From: a virus
Reading direction: 5' to 3' (one strand)
Length of the DNA stretch: 36,278 nucleotides
Virus record (IMG/VR): IMGVR_UViG_3300045988_041547
Span: 1-36,278 of that record
The translations under genes were made by a program, and so were the position numbers. How positions within the stretch are numbered: the first letter of the stretch is position 1; each line of letters opens with the position of its first letter. The notes beneath the pieces are model-generated. The model was not told the origin of the DNA. It searched no databases and worked only from the letters and a program-made list of their open reading frames with translations. Below, in pieces: positions 14,879-24,257 of the stretch.

Positions 14879-17800
14879 TTCAATCCACCTGCCCTCTGTG
14901 TAAACATATGATTGATCCTAGATACCACCACATCCGCCAGCTCGTTGACGTTTTGCCCGGAGGTGCCGTAGACATTGACCACCGGGGAGAAATTAGTTGT
15001 TCTGCTTCCCCCGCTGACCGGCACGCCGAGGCTGCCGGAGAGGTTGCCCCCCAGAGTGCCGACGGCCTTAGAAACGTCTTTGGCCTTGGCCTTGATGCCC
15101 TCCACCATGCCAGCCGGGATCATCGCGCCGACCTGGTCACGGAAGACCTTGGACGGCGAGTGGATCCCAAGAGAGGACTTGGCAGAATTTAGCGCTTTCT
15201 GTGCCGCATTTCTGGCTGCTCTGGATATCAGTCCGCTACCGGAGTTAATGCCATAGGCCACACCAGCAGAGATGTTGTAGCCAAGCGTGTTCCATCCGCC
15301 GATCTGCATGGCGTTTTTTGCGGCGTATGCTGCCGCCGCCGCCGCTCCGGCCACGGTAGCGGTCCCGGCGGTAATTCCTCCAGACACAGCCCCGGCGGCA
15401 GAAACGCCAGACTGGCGGAATGTCCCGGACATACTCCCCCATACAGTATTGATAGAGGTCGCTTGCTGCTTGGCGGTGGATCGGATGTTATTAGACTGCC
15501 CCGCAAGCCCGGTCTTGATTTGGTTCCCGGCGCTCTGGCCGGACTGCCGGAAGCGTCCTGCGGTTGTAGTCCATACGTTTGTTACATCCGTAGCCAACTT
15601 ACGCCCTGCGGTCTGCACGCTGTTGGATTGCAGCAGCAGACCAACCTTAATTTTAGTCCCGGCTTCCGTGCCCGCCGCCTGGAACTCTCCGCCGCTGGAC
15701 GACCAGGACGTTTTGAGCGCATCCGCAAGCTCTGCCCCGGCCTTCTGTACATCCCCGGCCCCGCTTTTGAGCCCATTAGAGATTCCCTGGGCCACAGCGT
15801 CTCCAAGGTCAGTCCATTTAATTTGTGCAATGGCGCTATGCGCAGCCATGCCTAGTTCCTGGGCGGCATCCTCGACAGCTGGTGCCTGTGCCGCAATTCC
15901 CGCCGCCAGCTCACTGCCGCTTTCCGCGCCTTTGCTGGTCATGTCGGTACTGCTGTAGCCGTCCACGGCACTTTGACCCATTGCAGCACCGGAATCATAG
16001 AGCGTTCCGGCGCTCATTGCCGCGCCAAGCACCGCCTTTTCTGTGGCGTTTTGACCTGCCGCCTGGAATTTGCTGCCCCACTCTGCAAGCTCCGCATCCG
16101 TCAAATCGACAAACTGCGCCACCTGCGCCGCGCCTTTTAGACCCATGTCATAGAGCTGTTGCACCAGGGCCATTGTGCCAGAATCTCCAGACGCAACTGC
16201 CCGATTCCACAGGGTCTCCATGTTGGCATTCCAGTTTTCCTGCGCCTCAATGTTGGCCTGGAGGTTTGAGGCCATATCGCTGAGGCTCATGTCCAGGCTA
16301 GTCTCGGCTTTTTCAAAATCGTTAACCACAGAATCCGTTGCATCGGTTACCTTGCTATTAAAATCGTCTACGGACATGCCCGCATCGATCAGATAACCAG
16401 CCACGGCAGAGGTAGACACGCCGATGCTGTCGGCCATGTTGCCGTACTCCTTGCCCAGCTCCTGGGTGGTCGCGGCCAGCTCCAGCATTTTTAATGCCCG
16501 TTCTGTATCTGCGGTCACTTGCGCGTCTGCATCCTCGGTATACTGCTCTGCCTGTTTTGAGAGCTCCTCGTATGCTGCGCTAAGGTCACCGCCAGCGTTT
16601 AGCGCATCATAAGCAGCAACGCCAACTTTTGCAAGACTCGTCGTGGCAGTCTCTTCGGCGGTGGCCTGTTCTTGGGCAGCTTCCGCCGCCTCCAGGTGCT
16701 CCTCTGCAAGGCTATTGTTGGCAAGTTCCGCCTTGTGCGCTTCGTTCCACTGGGCCGTCATTTTCCGTCCCAGTGTGTCCTCAGACACGCCCAGCAGTGC
16801 AGCCGCATCCTCGGCGGGTAGATACCCGTCATTGACCAGGCCAATCAGGGACTGCTCATATTGGTCGGTTACGGCCCTTGCCTCGTCGAGGGAGCCTTGC
16901 AAATCGTCGTAAGAGTCTCGCGCCCCCTCCAGGCATACCGCCGCATCCTGCAATTCAATGTTGGTGCTGGTCGTGGCTTTACCATTCTTTTTGATCTCTG
17001 CGGTTGACTGCCTCGTAGCATCTTGCAGGCGGTTTTCCGCGTCCGTCACCCGGTCTTTGGCCTTGGTGATTTTGTCCTGGATCTCCCGCTGCTCTTTTAG
17101 TGATTTTTGGTAGTCCTTTGCGCCTTTTACAAGCTCGGCGTAGATATCAGAGTCGGCGCGGTCTGCCTCGGCCTGTGCAAGCTCCTTTTGAGTTTTAACC
17201 GTCTCGTCCAGGCTGTCGTTGTACTCGCCCTCTGCGGCGATGGCCCCATTGGTAGCCTCTGCCAGAGCGGCCCGCACCTCTGCAAGCTCGTCCTGTACTG
17301 CGGCATACTCCTCCGCCGTCAGGGTGGAGTCCTGTGTTTTCTTTTGCAGTTCCTCATAGCGGTTTGCAAGGTCAACGACATTCTGGTTTTCGCTGAGACG
17401 CTCCTGGGCCTTGCTCATATCCTCCAGGTGCTTTTTTATCTGGATCGTCGGATCAGTCGCGTTGTGGATTGCGTTTCCAAGTGCGATTGCTCCGGCAGTC
17501 GCCGCCGCAGCTCCCGCTACTGCAAGCCCAGCAGCTCCGGCAGAGCCAAGGGTTGCAGTTAGGGCAGTGGCCAGACCGCCGCCGCCCTCCAATGCCGCTA
17601 CAAATTTACCGGCACCGATAACGGCGGATCCGGTTCCCTGTACCAGTTTCCCGATCCCGCTTGTGGCCGTGCCCACGGCGGTGGTCACCGGTCCAATCGC
17701 CGCAGCTACCGCCGCCGCCTGGATGATACTTTTTTTCTCGCTGTCGTCCAGCTCGCCAAAGCCCTTTACAAGCTCCGTGGTTTTCTGGATCAGCGGGGTG

Positions 17801-18876
17801 ATGGTCGGTAGGATCTCCTCACCAAACGCCGCCGACAGGTTCTTGGCCTCGGATTGCAGCGTACGCAGGGAGTTAGCTGTACCGTCAGAGGTAGCCTTAT
17901 AGTCCCCCTGCGCGTTTTTGGTCTGAGACAGGACGTATTTATATCGCAGCGTGACCTTCTCGGCCTGGCTCATGCCGTCATAGACCAGGCCGCAGTCGGA
18001 TGCAAACTGCTTTAGGTTTGTCTCCGTCATGACGATACCCAGCGTTTTAAGGCTCTCGGTCTCGCCGGTAAACACACCCTTTAGCGCAGTCATAGCCTCG
18101 TCAATGCCGATATTTTTAAAACTGGACAAGTCCCCAGCAAGGCCAGCGAGGCTCGTGGACATGTCCGCCGCCTCTTTGGTGGTAAGACCCATGGAGGTAC
18201 CCATGTCTCCAAAAAGGCTTGTAGCCTCAAGGGCCGCGCTCTCGGACATGCCGAAATTCTCTGTTGCGGTCTTCGCCCAGTCCTTGACCTCCTGGGCGTT
18301 TTTCTTAAAACTCGCATCAACCTTGTTGAGGTTTTCTTCGTAATCTGATGCAAATTTAACCGCAGCCACGCCAGCTGCGGCGATTGGGGCAGTAATGCTG
18401 GTGGTCAGAGTTTTACCCACGCCGGTGATTTTATCGCCGGTCTCAGAAATGCTCTTACCGGTCTTTTTGATCTTCTCACCGGCATCCTGCATACTATTAC
18501 CAAGTGTTGCCCCGGCCTGTTTTGCTTGCTCCTCTAGCTCTTTTAGCTTCCGCTCGGTGTCGGCAATTTCTCGCTGGATTGCCTGATATTGGGCCTCACC
18601 CAAGTCCCCGCTTTCCATCTGTTCGCGGGCTTTTTGGCTTGCCCCTCGTAGCTCTGCTAGCTTGTCCTTGGTGGCCGTGACAGCCTCACCTAAAAGCTGC
18701 TGTTTCTGACGCAGCAGCTCGGTGTTGGTGGGATCCAGTTTGAGCAGCTTATTGACGTCTTTCAGGGCGCTTTCCGTCCGGCTCACCTGGCTATTTACTT
18801 TTTTGAGAGCATCTGTCAGCTTTGTGGTATTGCCGTCGATTTCTACGGTGATACCCTTAATTCTGCCGTTTGCCAT
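14875..18876 (-). CDS. tail tape measure protein, 1333 aa
   Basis: Very long Ala/Gly/Glu-rich coiled-coil ORF between the chaperone pair and Dit. Confidence 0.9.
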   Translation of the reverse strand: MANGRIKGITVEIDGNTTKLTDALKKVNSQVSRTESALKDVNKLLKLDPTNTELLRQKQQLLGEAVTATKDKLAELRGASQKAREQMESGDLGEAQYQAIQREIADTERKLKELEEQAKQAGATLGNSMQDAGEKIKKTGKSISETGDKITGVGKTLTTSITAPIAAAGVAAVKFASDYEENLNKVDASFKKNAQEVKDWAKTATENFGMSESAALEATSLFGDMGTSMGLTTKEAADMSTSLAGLAGDLSSFKNIGIDEAMTALKGVFTGETESLKTLGIVMTETNLKQFASDCGLVYDGMSQAEKVTLRYKYVLSQTKNAQGDYKATSDGTANSLRTLQSEAKNLSAAFGEEILPTITPLIQKTTELVKGFGELDDSEKKSIIQAAAVAAAIGPVTTAVGTATSGIGKLVQGTGSAVIGAGKFVAALEGGGGLATALTATLGSAGAAGLAVAGAAAATAGAIALGNAIHNATDPTIQIKKHLEDMSKAQERLSENQNVVDLANRYEELQKKTQDSTLTAEEYAAVQDELAEVRAALAEATNGAIAAEGEYNDSLDETVKTQKELAQAEADRADSDIYAELVKGAKDYQKSLKEQREIQDKITKAKDRVTDAENRLQDATRQSTAEIKKNGKATTSTNIELQDAAVCLEGARDSYDDLQGSLDEARAVTDQYEQSLIGLVNDGYLPAEDAAALLGVSEDTLGRKMTAQWNEAHKAELANNSLAEEHLEAAEAAQEQATAEETATTSLAKVGVAAYDALNAGGDLSAAYEELSKQAEQYTEDADAQVTADTERALKMLELAATTQELGKEYGNMADSIGVSTSAVAGYLIDAGMSVDDFNSKVTDATDSVVNDFEKAETSLDMSLSDMASNLQANIEAQENWNANMETLWNRAVASGDSGTMALVQQLYDMGLKGAAQVAQFVDLTDAELAEWGSKFQAAGQNATEKAVLGAAMSAGTLYDSGAAMGQSAVDGYSSTDMTSKGAESGSELAAGIAAQAPAVEDAAQELGMAAHSAIAQIKWTDLGDAVAQGISNGLKSGAGDVQKAGAELADALKTSWSSSGGEFQAAGTEAGTKIKVGLLLQSNSVQTAGRKLATDVTNVWTTTAGRFRQSGQSAGNQIKTGLAGQSNNIRSTAKQQATSINTVWGSMSGTFRQSGVSAAGAVSGGITAGTATVAGAAAAAAYAAKNAMQIGGWNTLGYNISAGVAYGINSGSGLISRAARNAAQKALNSAKSSLGIHSPSKVFRDQVGAMIPAGMVEGIKAKAKDVSKAVGTLGGNLSGSLGVPVSGGSRTTNFSPVVNVYGTSGQNVNELADVVVSRINHMFTQRAGGLN

Positions 18877-18888
18877 GTGATTGCCCCC

Positions 18889-19409
18889 TTAAAATCTATC
18901 AAAATCCGCCTGATTTGCCATCGGCGTATAGTTCTCGTTGTCGTTCGCTGCCTCAGTGGTGATATCAAGCACCATACCCACATCCAGGCACTCCAGGTCT
19001 TGGAGCGTTAGGCCCACCTGGAGCGCCCGGAGCAGATAGACGGCAGTGTTTATCTCTCGGTCTGTTCCACGTCGTTTTTTTTTGCCGCAGACATCGTGGT
19101 GGTCTGCTGGTTGTAGAGATCCATGATCCCCTGGAAAGCTCCAGAGATATCCGCCGGGTTAAACTCTGCCAGCCAGTCAAGCATATTCTCCTCGCTGGCC
19201 TCTTTGACCTTCCCTGCAGCCTGCATGGCCATCACATAGCCCAGCCGGGTCAGCATCTCAGTGGTAGCAGCGTCTCCAGCGCCGCCATCGTTGCATTTTG
19301 CGAAAAACACAAACAGATCCAGGCGCATCACCCGGCGGAAGTGGAAGGGTGTAGCCCCATCTGCAAGCAGCTCCACCGGCTTGTCGCCAAACATTACCGT
19401 CCCTCTCAT
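18889..19409 (-). CDS. tail assembly chaperone G-T fusion produced by a -1 programmed frameshift
   Basis: After a slip on A-AAA-AAA (19083..19077), the -1 frame stays open for 62 codons (KRRGTDREINTAVYLLRALQVGLTLQDLECLDVGMVLDITTEAANDNENYTPMANQADFDRF). It stops at 18889..18891, 12 nt before the tape measure ATG. Confidence 0.7.
19050..19409 (-). CDS. tail assembly chaperone (gpG-like), 119 aa
   Basis: GGAGGAG RBS. Position between the major tail protein and the tape measure. Ends shortly after an A9 slippery run. Confidence 0.8.
   Translation of the reverse strand: MRGTVMFGDKPVELLADGATPFHFRRVMRLDLFVFFAKCNDGGAGDAATTEMLTRLGYVMAMQAAGKVKEASEENMLDWLAEFNPADISGAFQGIMDLYNQQTTTMSAAKKNDVEQTER
19075..19083 (-). 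other. slippery A9 run (frameshift site)
   Basis: Nine consecutive T on + (A on the coding strand), read GCA AAA AAA AAC in the 0 frame. Confidence 0.7.
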
Positions 19410-19424
19410 GGTGTCACTCCTCCA

Positions 19425-20018
19425 TTACGCCGCCACCGCAGTGGGCATATAGACAGCAGCATACCAGCTGTCATATACGGTGGTGTCGGTTCCCTTGGTC
19501 TTGTCATCAGACGTGCGAGCTTTGACGATGTTCTTTTTCAGTGTGTCGTCATAGATGCTGGTTGCCGTGATCGTCATGGTCTCGGTTTGGGGCTCTACGG
19601 TGTCCTCGTTGGTCTGACCGGACACAGAGGGGCGAGCAGCAGTGCAGTGATACAGGACATGGCGGATTGCCTTTGCGTCTCCCTCAAACTCAAAGAGCAG
19701 GGCAAAAAAGTTGGTCTTGACCTCGGTATCCTCAATCATGACGTTCTTCCCGTCCTTCGCTTCGCCGAGGATATCGGTGCGGAAATCCTCTGGGATCAGG
19801 GCGCTCTCGTAATCGCCCTCGTAGCCGTTGTTGGCGGCAGAGGAAAAATAAACCACGCCGTCAGCATAAAAGGGGGTGCTGTCGCCCTGGGCATCCAGGG
19901 ACAGAGACACGGCACCGGGCCAGGGCTTCACATCGCCGTAGGTGGCGGTGCCGGTGTCGCTCAGGGTGCCTTTTGCATAGTGCACATTTCTCAGGTTGTA
20001 TTTTACTTTGTTAGCCAT
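19425..20018 (-). CDS. major tail protein, 197 aa
   Basis: [18 protein letters not shown]...[27 protein letters not shown] resembles phi13-family major tail proteins. It lies just upstream of the chaperone. Confidence 0.8.
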   Translation of the reverse strand: MANKVKYNLRNVHYAKGTLSDTGTATYGDVKPWPGAVSLSLDAQGDSTPFYADGVVYFSSAANNGYEGDYESALIPEDFRTDILGEAKDGKNVMIEDTEVKTNFFALLFEFEGDAKAIRHVLYHCTAARPSVSGQTNEDTVEPQTETMTITATSIYDDTLKKNIVKARTSDDKTKGTDTTVYDSWYAAVYMPTAVAA

Positions 20019-20352
20019 CTAGCATAACCTCCATCTCATATCTCTCCTGGTACATCCGCTCAGAGTCAATATAACTCTCATACCTCGTCCAGCTCATTCC
20101 GTGCGCAGCCATAACGGCCTCCGCCACCTGTTCCGCCCGGAAATCCTTGTGATCAAAATAGAGCTCGATATACAGGATTTCAATTTTTTTGTAATTGCCC
20201 CCATCCGCGTACATGGGGTCATCACCGGGAAAATAAAAAATAGCATAGGGAGGCGCTGGTGCCTGACCGTCCGGGAACTGATAATAGGTGTGTTTACCAC
20301 CGATTGCGGCAGCAACCTCTCCAACCATTTTGTTTATCTCCTGATAGGTCAT
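20011..20352 (-). CDS. tail completion / tail terminator-like protein, 113 aa
   Basis: Position between the gp10-like gene and the major tail gene; overlapping starts and stops. Confidence 0.5.
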   Translation of the reverse strand: MTYQEINKMVGEVAAAIGGKHTYYQFPDGQAPAPPYAIFYFPGDDPMYADGGNYKKIEILYIELYFDHKDFRAEQVAEAVMAAHGMSWTRYESYIDSERMYQERYEMEVMLDG

Positions 20353-20732
20353 TCTTTCAGCGCCTCCTCTACCAGCTCTAAAAACTGTTTCTGAGTCTCC
20401 TCATTGACCGGCGCAATGTGGACGTGCGCCGGGGTGCGGCCTCCAGTTCGGTTGGCGTGTCCATGCTCCAGCAAATGGGTCAGGCCGGGCTTGATACGGT
20501 TAAAGACCACGGTGCTGGTGTGCGTCCGCTCTGTCTGGGTCTTTGTAGCCCATCCCCTTGCGTAATCTCCGGTGTCTTTGGGAGACGTGCTCTTTAGCGT
20601 CTTAGCCGCTTTCTGACCGGCCTTTTTTGCTGCCATTTCGATGGCCGTTATGGCATCGTCTCCGTACTCATCCAGGATAGAGTTTAGGGCATCACTCAGT
20701 CCACCGATCTTAACCTCAATCGTGCGTGCCAA
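20349..20732 (-). CDS. HK97 gp10-family head-tail joining protein, 127 aa
   Basis: ...PKDTGDYARGWATKT......LLEHGHA... is the typical gp10-family pattern, and the position fits. Confidence 0.65.
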   Translation of the reverse strand: MARTIEVKIGGLSDALNSILDEYGDDAITAIEMAAKKAGQKAAKTLKSTSPKDTGDYARGWATKTQTERTHTSTVVFNRIKPGLTHLLEHGHANRTGGRTPAHVHIAPVNEETQKQFLELVEEALKE

Positions 20733-21036
20733 TCTTTACCTCCGCATATAGCTCCACCGTCTCTCCGGTCTGGTACGTCCGGTATATGGCATACCGTCTG
20801 CCGTCATATTCGGCAATCTGCTGGCCGTCGTATTCGTCTGAGCAGACGATAAACTTTAGCGCGGGTTTCGTCCCGCCCTGTCCGGCCTCATAGTACTCTT
20901 GCCGCTCCACAGATTTGACCCGGCAAAAAACCGTAGTCCTTTCTGCGTCGCTCTGGATCGGTACGCCGTACTCGTTATTCGCGCTCGTCTCCCGGATCAG
21001 CGTTAACAGATCATTCCGCATCGTTTGTGCCCTCAT
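20716..21036 (-). CDS. head closure / head-tail adaptor protein
   Basis: ORF 20716..21090. The start was chosen just after the upstream stop (ATG 21036 or 21021). ...TVFCRVKSVERQEYYEAGQGGTKPALKFIV...YAIYRTY fits SPP1 gp16-like proteins. Confidence 0.6.
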   Translation of the reverse strand: MRAQTMRNDLLTLIRETSANNEYGVPIQSDAERTTVFCRVKSVERQEYYEAGQGGTKPALKFIVCSDEYDGQQIAEYDGRRYAIYRTYQTGETVELYAEVKIGTHD

Positions 21037-21307
21037 GGTGCCGCCGGATGCAGTCCGTCTGATACTGCCACGACTCAAAATAGCCGTCATTGCCGCCGTC
21101 GGCGTGGCGGTACATCACATATGTGATGATAGCCTCCTGCGTCACTGGGTCAGGCGCATTGATGTAGGTATCAGACACACCCGCTCGCTGCATGGCTTGA
21201 CAGGCAGCCTGAATCGCCATCTGTATCTCGCTGTCCAGGAGCTCGTGCGATATGCGGAGATTTTTTTTACACCGGGCCACCATCTCGGCCATCATCCCCG
21301 CACTCAT
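21011..21307 (-). CDS. gp6-like head-tail connector protein, 98 aa
   Basis: Small acidic ORF directly after the capsid gene. ...LRISHELLDSEIQMAIQAACQAM... resembles the gp6/QLRG family. Confidence 0.6.
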   Translation of the reverse strand: MSAGMMAEMVARCKKNLRISHELLDSEIQMAIQAACQAMQRAGVSDTYINAPDPVTQEAIITYVMYRHADGGNDGYFESWQYQTDCIRRHHEGTNDAE

Positions 21308-21309
21308 AA

Positions 21310-22443
21310 TTAGCCGCCGGTCTTGGGCAGATTGACCACGGTAAAGCCGTGCCAGGTGGTCACGTCAATGTCCGCGCTGGTCTCGCCCCGGATGGTAATG
21401 AGGCCCTCGGCAAACTTGTAGCCGTCGCTGTCCTCCACGGTCGTATCGCCAAACAGTGCCATTTCGGCGGTCTGGGGGTTGCCATAAAACATCGTTTTAG
21501 TAGCTGCCGAGGCGCTGGCGGCGGTGCCAGTCAGAGCCTTGATATTTTTGTTGAGACAATAGCGGCAGCTCAGGCCGTTGTTGACCTTGATAGTGCCAGT
21601 GTTGGGGTTGAGGGTGTCGGGTACGATGGTATACACCGGCAGATACTCGTTATTGCCCTTGATCGCGCCGAAGGCAAGCAGATCCTTCTTATTGAGGAAA
21701 AGATAGGCAGCGCCTTCGATTCCCTCGTCACCGCCATAGCCCAGGACAACATTCTCCAGGGTGTCCTTGTCGATGGCGGTTACATCCAGAGACTGGTTCA
21801 GGGCGGAGGCCAGGATATTGGTTACGGCAATCTCACTGGCCTTTTTGCGCAGCGCATCCCGGACAGCCGCCACAACCTTGCTCTCATAGTCAAGAGGGGA
21901 CTGTCTGCGGATATCCTTAGACACATAGGCTAGGGTGGCGTACATGGTGGGGGTCAGATCCACATAGGCAAACATATCGGTTACGTCCGCCTCGGTGGGT
22001 GCGGTGCCCTCAGTCTTAGCGCCAGCGGCGGCAATGCCGTCCTTCTGGTAAGCCACCCGGTAGGTTCCCATCCCGGTGCAGTCGGTGACCTTGATAAGGT
22101 CGATCAGGCTGGAGACCTGGGTCTCATACAGGCCGTTAATGCCGCTCACCTCGGTGGGCTGTGCGATTTTCCCGCCGGACAGCAGGAGAGAGCGGGTCTG
22201 GAACTGCGCACGGCGGCACTCCATAAACCGCTTCGCCCGCTCCTCGTTAGCGTTGGTCGTGGTCGGCACCACCTGGCCCAGCTTGTCTGCGAGGTTGGTC
22301 TTCGCCCGGAGGGCGGTCTCCTCCTTGATGAGCTCGTCCGCCTCTGCATTCAGCTCGGCACAGCGCTCAGTGGTGGCGTCGGGCAACTCGGAAAGGATCT
22401 CGGCCTTTCTGGCCTGGATTTCAAGCAATCTCTTTTCGTTCAT
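21310..22443 (-). CDS. major capsid protein, HK97-type, 377 aa
   Basis: N-terminal coiled-coil delta-like region, size, and position after the prohead protease. Confidence 0.85.
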   Translation of the reverse strand: MNEKRLLEIQARKAEILSELPDATTERCAELNAEADELIKEETALRAKTNLADKLGQVVPTTTNANEERAKRFMECRRAQFQTRSLLLSGGKIAQPTEVSGINGLYETQVSSLIDLIKVTDCTGMGTYRVAYQKDGIAAAGAKTEGTAPTEADVTDMFAYVDLTPTMYATLAYVSKDIRRQSPLDYESKVVAAVRDALRKKASEIAVTNILASALNQSLDVTAIDKDTLENVVLGYGGDEGIEGAAYLFLNKKDLLAFGAIKGNNEYLPVYTIVPDTLNPNTGTIKVNNGLSCRYCLNKNIKALTGTAASASAATKTMFYGNPQTAEMALFGDTTVEDSDGYKFAEGLITIRGETSADIDVTTWHGFTVVNLPKTGG

Positions 22444-22454
22444 GTTTTTCTCCT

Positions 22455-23048
22455 TTAGCTTAGTTTCAGTTTGATTTCCACCCGCGCTCTGGCAAGGGCA
22501 GCTTCCGCCACCTCCACGCGCCGCGCCTGAGCGTCCGCCTCCAGGGCCGCGTCTCGTCTTGCGCTGATGGATGTATCGTCATAGGCCGGGATGCTCACAG
22601 CAGAGACATCATAAAGCCTTTTGACTCGTCTGATAGTCCATTTTCGGGCCTCGCGGTCATAGGATTCTTCCGCGACCGTAAATTGGAAACTCATGCGGTC
22701 TACATACCCGCCCTGAATTTCCTCATACAGTTCCCGGCCCTCCTGAGTGCCGTCCAGTCTGGCCCGGATAAACAGGCCCTTATCGTCCACGCTGAGGGTC
22801 AGCGTATGATTGCGCGTCCGCGCCATGACCTTGCCCTGATGGTTGTAATTAAAAATCACATCGTCCATGCGAGTGTCGGCAAAAGCATCCGGGGAAATTT
22901 CCTCCTTGTACTCGTTGCCGTCCATCTCAAAAAGGACGGTCTCGCGGTTAAACACTACCGCATAGCCCTCGACCCACAGCTCCTGGCCCTCCTCGGCGCT
23001 CCGGGTCTGGAAGTCAAACTGTCTCGTCTGGCTCTCCGGTCTCACCAT
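22455..23048 (-). CDS. HK97-family prohead protease, 197 aa
   Basis: ...VEGYAVVFNRETVL...EISPDAF...YNHQG... pattern. Located between the portal and capsid genes. Confidence 0.8.
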   Translation of the reverse strand: MVRPESQTRQFDFQTRSAEEGQELWVEGYAVVFNRETVLFEMDGNEYKEEISPDAFADTRMDDVIFNYNHQGKVMARTRNHTLTLSVDDKGLFIRARLDGTQEGRELYEEIQGGYVDRMSFQFTVAEESYDREARKWTIRRVKRLYDVSAVSIPAYDDTSISARRDAALEADAQARRVEVAEAALARARVEIKLKLS

Positions 23049-24255
23049 TGTCTTTTACCTCCTTGTCGTCCTCGCCTACCTGGTACTGGTTTTGATTGAG
23101 GGCGTTGACATAGTTCAAACTCACCTGCCGCACGTCTCCGCCCTCGATCGGTGCCATACCAAACATTTCTCGGATCTCGTTGGCGCTCAGTAGCCCAATC
23201 TCTTTTACCGCCTGGATCAGCTGGATTTTAGTGCTATCCGATGATGTGGACAGCAGATCCCCAGAAAATACGATCCGGTTGCCCATGTCCCGCTCCCGCT
23301 GGGTGAAACAAGCATTCGTAAATGCCTGTCCCATCATCTCCCATATGGGGTTGATAACGGAATCCATCCACGCCTTGCGGCTCTCTGGGCTGGCGGCATT
23401 TTTCACAATGTCCTCGCCGGTGCGGAAATAAATAAACAGGTTTTCCCGCACCAGCCGCATCTGCGCGGCGTTAGCACTGTACGCCGTGACACTGAGCGGC
23501 GTGTAGCTCTCCGTCGGGTCGGTGGCGATAATGCCGCCGCTCCGGGCCGCAGCTTCAAATCGTCTTGCAAAATCCTCCTGGTTTGCCTTAACGTCCTTAG
23601 GATCCAGCATGGCCCGCTTGATGGACAGCAGCCCACGCACCTTATTGCTGACGGACAGGGCCTCCATATAGCCCTCGTCGCTGCTCTTAATCATGGAGAG
23701 CGTGTTGTTGATTGGCGCGTTGCTGTCTCCGGCAACATCCAGGCCGTTGTAAAACTTCCTTAGGATCACCGTGTCCTCAACGTTGACATACCGGTGGTTG
23801 CCCTCCCAGTCGTCAAACTCGATCGCGTAGCCACCGCCCTGGATCTCGCGCACCTGGAATTTGCTATAGACGATCGGGATAAATGCCTTTGGCACCACCC
23901 TCCGCCCGTCAATCGCCCAGTCCACATAGCACAGGGCCGTGGATTTGGTCTCAAGCTGCGTAATCAACTTGTATTTGAGGTCATAGCCAGACATGAGCCA
24001 GTTTGGCTGCTGATTCAGCATTTTTGCGTATACGCTGTTATGCTTCACATCCTTTACCCGCCCTTCGGAATCCAAAATCACATGGCGGGCTTTCCCCATT
24101 GCGGCAGCTGTAGCAATCGCGTCAACGATCGCCCGGACTGTCTCCTGGTCGTATGCCTCCTTATTCCACATAGGGGAGGCGGCTTGGCTGGTCACGGCAC
24201 TATTTGCCCACAGCCTCGCCCGGATTTTATTAAAAAAATCTGTAAACAGTCCCAT
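23014..24255 (-). CDS. portal protein, 413 aa
   Basis: Size and position immediately after TerL; acidic C-terminus. Confidence 0.85.
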   Translation of the reverse strand: MGLFTDFFNKIRARLWANSAVTSQAASPMWNKEAYDQETVRAIVDAIATAAAMGKARHVILDSEGRVKDVKHNSVYAKMLNQQPNWLMSGYDLKYKLITQLETKSTALCYVDWAIDGRRVVPKAFIPIVYSKFQVREIQGGGYAIEFDDWEGNHRYVNVEDTVILRKFYNGLDVAGDSNAPINNTLSMIKSSDEGYMEALSVSNKVRGLLSIKRAMLDPKDVKANQEDFARRFEAAARSGGIIATDPTESYTPLSVTAYSANAAQMRLVRENLFIYFRTGEDIVKNAASPESRKAWMDSVINPIWEMMGQAFTNACFTQRERDMGNRIVFSGDLLSTSSDSTKIQLIQAVKEIGLLSANEIREMFGMAPIEGGDVRQVSLNYVNALNQNQYQVGEDDKEVKDNGETGEPDETV

Positions 24256-24257
24256 CG

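Noticed and set aside
14908-18586. Many plus-strand ORFs inside the tape measure gene (for example 15287..15958 and 17411..17902)
   Set aside because: They are antisense shadow ORFs of a GC-rich, Ala-rich gene with no translation signals.
18965-19180. ORF-track ORF as the T-frame of the tail chaperone
   Set aside because: It is the +1 frame with Pro/Arg/Gly-rich nonsense. The real extension is the -1 frame ending at 18889.
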